Notes under the pieces: model-generated
Seen by the model: only the letters and a program-made list of their open reading frames with translations
What the model was told of the DNA's origin: nothing
The model's database searches: none
NCBI GenBank assembly: GCA_040217195.1
Contig: JAVJNR010000004.1
Location: forward strand, 608,001-672,000
Source of the DNA: Leptospiraceae bacterium
Lineage (GTDB): Bacteria; Spirochaetota; Leptospiria; Leptospirales; Leptonemataceae
Direction: 5' to 3'
Length of the DNA: 64,000 bases
Position numbers and translations under genes: made by a program
Shown: positions 57,749-64,000 of the stretch, one piece after another
Layout of the letters: every line of letters begins with the position of its first letter
How positions within the stretch are numbered: position 1 is the stretch's first letter

Positions 57749-58492
57749 ATGATTGGACATAGATTCAAAGGCTCATTTCTGACTATTTCCCTGACGTTGC
57801 TCATGGCCACAAGCTCGGCTCTGGCTCAGAATGTGGTTCGATATCGTTCCAATGCTTACGATATCAAATCCGGTAAGTACATGTACACCGAGAATCATGC
57901 CGAACACTGGCAAAATGGAAAACATGCATATAGCATTGTTACCTACACTGACCCTCAGGGGAAGCTGATGGCGATCAAGAAGATTGTGTTCACAGCAAGC
58001 AAAACATCGCCTAACTACGATCTATCGGACAAGCGGTCCGGTCTGGAAGAAGGGGCTCGCATCAACGGCAACTCGGCCACACTATATCACAAGAGCTCCT
58101 CCTCGGATGCCAGGCAGTCCAGGACTTTGAATGTCCCCTCTCCCATGGTTGTGGATGGCGGATTCGATTACTTTGTACGATCCAATATGCAGAGCCTCAT
58201 GGCAGGCAAAACACTAACCGGTAACTTCACTGTTTCCCATCGATTGGACTACTTCCCCTGCAGAATCTACAAAGTGAAAGATCTTACCTTCCTGGAAAGG
58301 GATGCTGTTATGTTCGTGATGGAGCCTACAAATATTGTCATTCGTCAGCTGGCCGATCCAATCTATATAATCTATGATAAGAAAACTGGCCGGCTGCTCC
58401 GCTTCACAGGAGTCTCCAATCTGGAAAAGCCGGATGGAAGCAATTATCGAGTACACATAGTTTTTCGCTATCCGGATGAGCTTCTGAAATAG
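57749..58492 (+). CDS. Hypothetical secreted protein
   Basis: Signal peptide from ATG 57749 ending ALA-Q; beta-rich; VDGGFDYFV motif. Confidence 0.75.
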   Translation: MIGHRFKGSFLTISLTLLMATSSALAQNVVRYRSNAYDIKSGKYMYTENHAEHWQNGKHAYSIVTYTDPQGKLMAIKKIVFTASKTSPNYDLSDKRSGLEEGARINGNSATLYHKSSSSDARQSRTLNVPSPMVVDGGFDYFVRSNMQSLMAGKTLTGNFTVSHRLDYFPCRIYKVKDLTFLERDAVMFVMEPTNIVIRQLADPIYIIYDKKTGRLLRFTGVSNLEKPDGSNYRVHIVFRYPDELLK

Positions 58493-58504
58493 ATCCCGTC
58501 CGCT

Positions 58505-60097
58505 ATGGCGGATCAAAAGAAAAGATCTCAGAGCGCAAATCGAAACCAGGCAGTGCGCACTCGAAACTGGAAGCCGGAAGATATTCCGGCCCTGGTAGAG
58601 CTGCAAAAAACAGTCTATAGTAGTGCCTACGAAGAAGGGATGTACGGCGCCCGGGTCTTTGAACTGGAACTGGCCGCCTTTCCAGAAGGGCAGATTCTTG
58701 CTGAACTGGACGGTAAGATTGTGGGCTACACGGCCACGCTTATTGTGAACCTGGAAAAAGATACTTATTACACCTTTGTAGAGATAACCGGAAACGGCAC
58801 TTTCACCACACATAATCCAGCAGGAGACACACTCTACGGTGCTGACATGGCTGTTCATCCAGATTATCGCGGAATGGGAGTGGCGCGCAAGTTGTATGCA
58901 GAAAGAAAAAGGCTCTTGCGACGTTTCAATCTCAGACGGATGATTGCAGGCGGACGAATCCCTGGCTATAGATCTTATGCTGGAAAGTTAACTCCGGAAC
59001 AATATGTTGAGAAGGTTGTGGCTCGAGATATTCAGGATCCCACCCTTACGCCTCAGCTAAAAGTAGGCTATCATGTAAAAGAAATTTACATGGATTACAG
59101 TAAGGATCTGGAGAGTTTAAACTATGCAACACTGATAGAATATATAAATCCGACCTTTAAGCCTGAAAGGCATCGGATCTCTTCAGCTCCTGTCACTCAT
59201 CCGGTGCGAAAGGTTCGCATCTGCGCCGCCCAGTATTTCATGCGTCCTATTAAGTCCCTGGATGAATTTGTTCGCCAGGTAGAATTCTATGTCGATACCG
59301 CCAATGAGTACCACTGTCATTTTCTGGTATTCCCTGAACTATTTACGGCTCAATTATTTCTAATACTTGCACCGGAAACTGATGACCGGGAAGCTATGCG
59401 ACGATTGGCCGGGTTTACAGAATCTTACATAGAAATCTTCAAGGAGAAGGCGCGAAAGACAGGCATCTTCATAATCGGCGGATCGCATCCTATAATTGCA
59501 CCGGAAGGAATTCGTAATGTAGCCCATTTGTTTACCCCGGATGGAGCTGTTTTTACCCAGGATAAGCTTCATATTACACCGTCCGAGAGAAAGTACTATA
59601 ACATGATTCCAGGAGATGGACTGAAAGTCTTCGATACTGGTATGGCCCGAATTGGAATTCAGATCTGCTATGATGTGGAGTTTCCAGAGTTGGCCCGCCT
59701 GCAAACCTTTGCAGGTATGGAGACTCTGTTTGTACCATTTTCTACGGAGCACCGAAAAGCTTACCTGCGTGTGCGATTCAGTGCTCAGGCCCGATCCATT
59801 GAGAACTGGTTGTACACCGTGCTTGCAGGTAATGTGGGAAACCTGCCCCAGGTAAAGAGCTTCTTAATCAACTATGGCCAATCCGCCATTCTGACACCAA
59901 GTGATCATCCTTTTCCCAATGAAGCGGTACTTTCGGAGGCGGAGCCAAACACAGAAACAGTGGTCATCTCAGAAGTGGATTTAAGCGATTTGCAAAGACA
60001 GAGAGAATATGGAAGCGTACGACCATTACGTGATCGGCGAATCGATATGTACGAAGTATTGAGCAAAGTGGAAGTAGAACGGATAAAGGTTTACTGA
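58505..60097 (+). CDS. Bifunctional GNAT N-acetyltransferase / carbon-nitrogen hydrolase
   Basis: GNAT: AFPEGQ, VHPDYRGMGVARKLY, GGRIPGY, DPTL. Nitrilase triad: FPE, QDKLH, ICYDVEFPE. Confidence 0.93.
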   Translation: MADQKKRSQSANRNQAVRTRNWKPEDIPALVELQKTVYSSAYEEGMYGARVFELELAAFPEGQILAELDGKIVGYTATLIVNLEKDTYYTFVEITGNGTFTTHNPAGDTLYGADMAVHPDYRGMGVARKLYAERKRLLRRFNLRRMIAGGRIPGYRSYAGKLTPEQYVEKVVARDIQDPTLTPQLKVGYHVKEIYMDYSKDLESLNYATLIEYINPTFKPERHRISSAPVTHPVRKVRICAAQYFMRPIKSLDEFVRQVEFYVDTANEYHCHFLVFPELFTAQLFLILAPETDDREAMRRLAGFTESYIEIFKEKARKTGIFIIGGSHPIIAPEGIRNVAHLFTPDGAVFTQDKLHITPSERKYYNMIPGDGLKVFDTGMARIGIQICYDVEFPELARLQTFAGMETLFVPFSTEHRKAYLRVRFSAQARSIENWLYTVLAGNVGNLPQVKSFLINYGQSAILTPSDHPFPNEAVLSEAEPNTETVVISEVDLSDLQRQREYGSVRPLRDRRIDMYEVLSKVEVERIKVY

Positions 60098-60174
60098 AAC
60101 GCTTTTAGCAGCCCGTTTAATCCCTGAATCGAAATACTTCTGATTGTACCGACTGCTCACCGCTCCCTCAGTTG

Positions 60175-60525
60175 AAGCGGAGGATTCAGTCACGGGTTTC
60201 TATTCACCCATCTAAGCGAAGCAATGAGTCACGGACTTCTATTCACTCATTTAAGCGAAGGAATCAGTCACGGTCTTCTATTCACCCATCTAAGCGAAAA
60301 AATCAGCCACGGGTTTTTCTTCACCCAATAAAACTAAGAATCTGGCCAGGGTTTGGATTCGTCTATGAATGCGAAGAATCCGGTCACAGGATATGCTTCG
60401 ACCATAAAAACTAAGACTTTTGTCCCAGGTTCTATTTCGCGCATGAATAATAAGAATCTGATTCCAGGATTGGCTTCACCCGGGAAATCAAAGATAACGG
60501 TCATAGGATTCCATTCGCAAATTGT
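60175..60525. repeat. Degenerating 39-bp tandem repeat, about 9 units
   Basis: Units at 60175, 60214, 60253 and 60292 (consensus AAGCGAAGGAATCAGTCACGGGTTTCTATTCACCCATCT), a 38-bp unit at 60331, then more diverged 39-bp units to about 60525. Confidence 0.85.
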
Positions 60526-60778
60526 GACCAGAGGATCGGGCTTACGAATTCTGCGTCTTTTTGCATCATAGATGCAGCAACCTGAACTGCATGGCGAGAC
60601 ACCGGTCTACCCCCCCGGAAGCCGCATCTCTGCTGCAGGTCCAATTTCCATTCAATCGTAAAAACATCCCCGGGCGAACCCTGTACCTTGAATATACCTT
60701 CCCCTTTTCTTTTCTTAATACTTTAATTATATTTACAATAAGTTCGTCCATTACTACGGTAATACTGGAGCAAACGTA

Positions 60779-61270
60779 ATGCCCTTGAATGATCTAGAAA
60801 GGGAACTGGCAGAAAAAAGCGTCTGGCCTACAGAGAGGTTGGTTAAGCAATTAATCAGCGATCATGAGACTTTCTTGAAGAAGAGTCTTCCTGCAATGCA
60901 TGAAAGCGCCCGGTTAGCAGAACACGAGCCGCTCATTCAGTTCGTAAAGACTCTGGATGCAGAGCTAAGAGGCCATTTTCGCACAGAAGAGAATATTGTA
61001 TTTCCGGTTCTAGTATCTCTGGAGCATGAAGATCCGGGCTCTCTAAAGCAGGCCCTACAATATGCCTGTAGACATATGGAGGCCGACCATTCCATGCATG
61101 AAAAGCATCTACGGTTGCTTGCAGCATTTCAACATGAGCTTGAAGATCAAATGGAACGGCCCGAGGTGCTACCTTTAATTCATTGTCTGGATGATTTTGC
61201 CAGAAGGATGTTTCTACACATGAATATTGAAAATCGATTCCTGTTTAAACGATACCTCAATTCAATTTAG
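60779..61270 (+). CDS. Hemerythrin-domain protein (RIC/YtfE C-terminal-like)
   Basis: ISDHETFL...LP, HFRTEENIVFP, MEADH, HMNIENRFLF; RBS GGAG. Confidence 0.85.
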   Translation: MPLNDLERELAEKSVWPTERLVKQLISDHETFLKKSLPAMHESARLAEHEPLIQFVKTLDAELRGHFRTEENIVFPVLVSLEHEDPGSLKQALQYACRHMEADHSMHEKHLRLLAAFQHELEDQMERPEVLPLIHCLDDFARRMFLHMNIENRFLFKRYLNSI

Positions 61271-61525
61271 TCCTTCAGCGGAAATAGCTCTGGCCGGACA
61301 TTCCAGAGCTTCTCTGGGTATGCTCACGTCGGGCACCCTGGACTGAAACATATGATCCTTTCCGCGGGCATGCCTTAGAACCGCTTTTCCATCCTTTTCA
61401 TTCATGATCCAGCGATCCGGAGCGATGGAAGCGCATAGTCCGCATCCGATGCATTTCTTTCTATTATACTGAATGCGATAAAATCCGCCCGAGCTTCTTG
61501 CTTCGAATGCATTGTTGTTATTCAT
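61262..61525 (-). CDS. Single-cluster ferredoxin
   Basis: CIGCGLC...ECPARAI; 4-bp overlap with the U32 gene. Confidence 0.88.
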   Translation of the reverse strand: MNNNNAFEARSSGGFYRIQYNRKKCIGCGLCASIAPDRWIMNEKDGKAVLRHARGKDHMFQSRVPDVSIPREALECPARAISAEGLN

Positions 61526-62877
61526 GATTGATGCCGGGAGGACTCAAGAGAATCAGCGTAAACGGTATCCAATCGATAGACCTGGTCTCCTCTTCGCACG
61601 CGGCTCGAAACAGGAAACGTTATTACGCAGGGCCCCTTCGCCTCATCCAGGGATTGCCCGTCCCGACGTAAATCCTTCAGCTCCTGTTTGTGGGCTCCAG
61701 TAGTTTTGCCAAAAAATGCCAGTTGATCCCCGGATTTTAGAATGCCAGTCCTGACTTCAACTTCAGCCACCGAAATCTTAGAATAGAAGTTTCTTACCTC
61801 GCCCACAAATACTTTTCGCACAGAGGACTGATTTCCATCACTGGCTGCCCAGCCCTGACGCTCTCCCAGATAATACCCGCTGCTGAAGCCCCGATGGTAT
61901 ACCTGCTGCAGCCTATTCATCCAATCCGGTATGGCTGCTTTATACGATTCAAAGTCTCCCTTCGCGGCCATTTCAAGGGCTTCTCTGTACACCTGCACTG
62001 TATTTTGTACATAGTCCGGCCCCCGGTTTCGCCCTTCCAGCTTTAACATCTGAATTCCGCTCTCCACCATCCTGGGAAGAAAAGGAACCGTGCAAATATC
62101 GTTAGGTGACATGATATACTCATTATCTATTTCCAGTTCCACTCCCCTTTCATCGATAACCCTGTACTTTCGCCTGCAATTCTGGCGACAGGCTCCTCGA
62201 TTAGCGGAAGCCAGGTCCGAGTAAAGGCTCATCCCGCAACGCCCGGACACTGCAATGCATAATGCTCCATGACCGAACACTTCAATCTTTACCAGCTCTC
62301 CGGAAGGCCCTCTTACCTCCTGATGTTGAATCGATTGCACAATTCTTTGAATCATAGTCAGATCCAGTTCTCGGGCCACAACAATTACATCGGCGAACCT
62401 GGACCAGAATCTTACAGCTTCAATATTTGATACGGATACCTGGGTAGAAAGATGTATGTTCAGGCCACGCTCTATAGCTTTTTGAATCACTGCAGGATCC
62501 GAAGCGATAATAGCATCTATCCTGGCTGCTTGCGCCTGGTCCAGCACCGTATCCAGCAGTCGCATATCCCGATCATATATAACCGAGTTCAACGTCAGGT
62601 ATGCTTTTGCTCCGAAACGATGGCACTTTCTGGTCACATAATGCATATCCTGGAGCGAAAAGGCTCCGCTGGCCTGATTTCTTAGATTTAGATTCTCAAC
62701 TCCAAAGTAAATACTGTCCGCACCGGCCTGCAAAGCGGCCGCCACCATAGCCATTGTGCCTGCAGGAGCTACGATCTCAACTGGTCTACTACCCTTAATG
62801 GTACTGGGGGAATTGGAGATTTTTGGTGCCGGAAATGCACGGTTCCTTACTACAGGAATACCAGAATCGGATGCCAT
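61522..62877 (-). CDS. Peptidase U32 family protein (Fe-S-dependent hydroxylation factor, TrhP/RlhA-like)
   Basis: APAG, GADSIYFG, HLSTQ, ARELDL, HGALCIAVSGRC, ANRGACRQNCR, LKLEGR; RBS AAGGA. Confidence 0.92.
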   Translation of the reverse strand: MASDSGIPVVRNRAFPAPKISNSPSTIKGSRPVEIVAPAGTMAMVAAALQAGADSIYFGVENLNLRNQASGAFSLQDMHYVTRKCHRFGAKAYLTLNSVIYDRDMRLLDTVLDQAQAARIDAIIASDPAVIQKAIERGLNIHLSTQVSVSNIEAVRFWSRFADVIVVARELDLTMIQRIVQSIQHQEVRGPSGELVKIEVFGHGALCIAVSGRCGMSLYSDLASANRGACRQNCRRKYRVIDERGVELEIDNEYIMSPNDICTVPFLPRMVESGIQMLKLEGRNRGPDYVQNTVQVYREALEMAAKGDFESYKAAIPDWMNRLQQVYHRGFSSGYYLGERQGWAASDGNQSSVRKVFVGEVRNFYSKISVAEVEVRTGILKSGDQLAFFGKTTGAHKQELKDLRRDGQSLDEAKGPCVITFPVSSRVRRGDQVYRLDTVYADSLESSRHQS

Positions 62878-62927
62878 GATTCCTTATTTTTCGCAGGCTA
62901 AATTGACGCAAATGATAATCGCAGAGA

Positions 62928-63755
62928 TTATAATGTGATGGGCTCAGCAATCTCCCGGGAGAACTCAGGATGAGCCCGGTTTCTGGTCAGGACGCTTTCC
63001 ACCGGTTTAAACATCCGATAGTACTGCCAATCCTCCTGCGAAAAGTAAGCTGGCTTTAACCGGAGTATTTCCGAATTGCGATTCTCTGGATCCAGGTCCC
63101 GTATCCACCGGAACATATGATTCCAGCTCATTACTTCAAAAATTAGCTCATCCGGAGATGTAGAATGGATGCTGGCCCGGGACTGCTCATTGCCCCTGAC
63201 CGTTTCGGGATCTTGCGCGGCCCCTGGACTCTCTCTGGAAGTTTGTGTATGGTCCTTTTCGGGGCCTGCGAAATGAAAATCCATGGGCTGATGGTCCACG
63301 CCAAACCTGGAAGGATCGTAGTTTCTGGCTGTTTCGAAATGTAGTGAACGAACCCTGTATTTTTCCGGGTCTGCTGCCTGGTCCAGGACCAATGTAATTA
63401 CTTCTACATCCCCCGGTCCGAAAAGGATACTCTGCAAGGAAAGGCCCCCCGTGTAAAACATTCGACTGAGGAAGGCCCCCATTCCCGGAGCATCGTTTCT
63501 TTCAAAGGGCCAAACAAAAAAGTAAGCTATATGTATGTACCCTTCGCTGGAGCGACTCATTCTATAGAGTAGCTTATCCGGACCCAACCCTTCAGAAATC
63601 AGACCAGGAGCGAAACGATGGGCCAGAGAATCATCCCGGATAGGATGAAAACCGGAAACTTCGGAGGTATTCCTTTTCAAACTAGAGGCATAGAAACTGC
63701 CCAGAGCGAGCAATAGAAATGCCATAACTATTGTAGACCAGAGTTTTCGATTCAA
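62928..63755 (-). CDS. Hypothetical secreted/membrane-anchored protein
   Basis: 275 aa, N-terminal hydrophobic segment; TTG start. Confidence 0.65.
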   Translation of the reverse strand: MNRKLWSTIVMAFLLLALGSFYASSLKRNTSEVSGFHPIRDDSLAHRFAPGLISEGLGPDKLLYRMSRSSEGYIHIAYFFVWPFERNDAPGMGAFLSRMFYTGGLSLQSILFGPGDVEVITLVLDQAADPEKYRVRSLHFETARNYDPSRFGVDHQPMDFHFAGPEKDHTQTSRESPGAAQDPETVRGNEQSRASIHSTSPDELIFEVMSWNHMFRWIRDLDPENRNSEILRLKPAYFSQEDWQYYRMFKPVESVLTRNRAHPEFSREIAEPITL

Positions 63756-63789
63756 AAGGCAGTCCCCGAAAGAGATCCGGTATCAGACC

Positions 63790-64000
63790 CTATTTTTTAC
63801 TTACCAGCCCTTTGAACGCTTCCAACAAATCAACCGGAAAGGGCAGGATAATGGTAGAAGCATTCTTCTGAGCCATATCGCTCATGGTTTGCAGATATCG
63901 CAACTGAAGTGCAGCCGGATTTTCGCTCATAACATTCGCTGCACCCAGGAGTTTCTCAGAAGCCTGTAGTTCACCCTCTGCATGGATTACCTTGGCCCTC
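63790..64000 (-). CDS. Stomatin/slipin (SPFH, band 7) family protein, C-terminal fragment (5' end outside the window)
   Basis: Manual translation: RAKVIHAEGELQASEKLLGAANVMSENPAALQLRYLQTMSDMAQKNASTIILPFPVDLLEAFKGLVSKK*, a typical stomatin C-terminus. Confidence 0.9.
   Translation of the reverse strand, partial: RAKVIHAEGELQASEKLLGAANVMSENPAALQLRYLQTMSDMAQKNASTIILPFPVDLLEAFKGLVSKK

Noticed and set aside
60175..60525. Possible CRISPR array or genuine 80-aa/72-aa CDS
   Set aside because: Units are contiguous without unique spacers; the ORFs have TTG starts, no RBS and arise from the repeat periodicity.
62890..62935. Fur/FNR-like box upstream of the U32 gene (TTGACGCAAATGATAATC)
   Set aside because: Only a half-site match to either consensus; not supportable.

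Overview
A 64-kb, roughly 50% GC stretch of core and near-core bacterial chromosome. It is most consistent with a Leptospiraceae spirochaete, inferred from a stand-alone 5S rRNA gene, two membrane-sensor adenylate cyclases, a HAMP-SpoIIE-TPR sensor, a TRL-like lipoprotein and a CarF homologue. I see no transposase, integrase, phage gene, tRNA or CRISPR array. There are about 57 supportable CDS. Housekeeping or familiar genes include gap-pgk, rpiB, a universal stress protein, a K+ channel, an M23 peptidase, a U32 protein with a ferredoxin, and a DabAB/MpsAB inorganic-carbon pump. The strongest candidates for poorly described systems are: (1) an operon at 14549->8318 encoding Ltp4-like and Ltp3-like Cys-less thiolase-fold proteins, a DUF35 protein, an apparently degenerate acyl-CoA-ligase domain fused to a second DUF35, and an MFS transporter, preceded by a perfect 10-bp-arm palindrome; (2) a YHYH lipoprotein / MORN-repeat / SCO / membrane-AraC operon with its own palindrome; (3) an alanine/glycine:cation symporter fused to phosphatidylserine decarboxylase; (4) a CarF/TMEM189 desaturase translationally coupled to a sensor cyclase; (5) a BlaR-like lipoprotein head-to-head with a PP2C sensor; (6) tandem papain-FN3 proteases. 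There are also two unusual intergenic repeats: a 16-bp GNRA-hairpin array and a decaying 39-bp array. All family assignments come from motif recognition by eye, not database searches.
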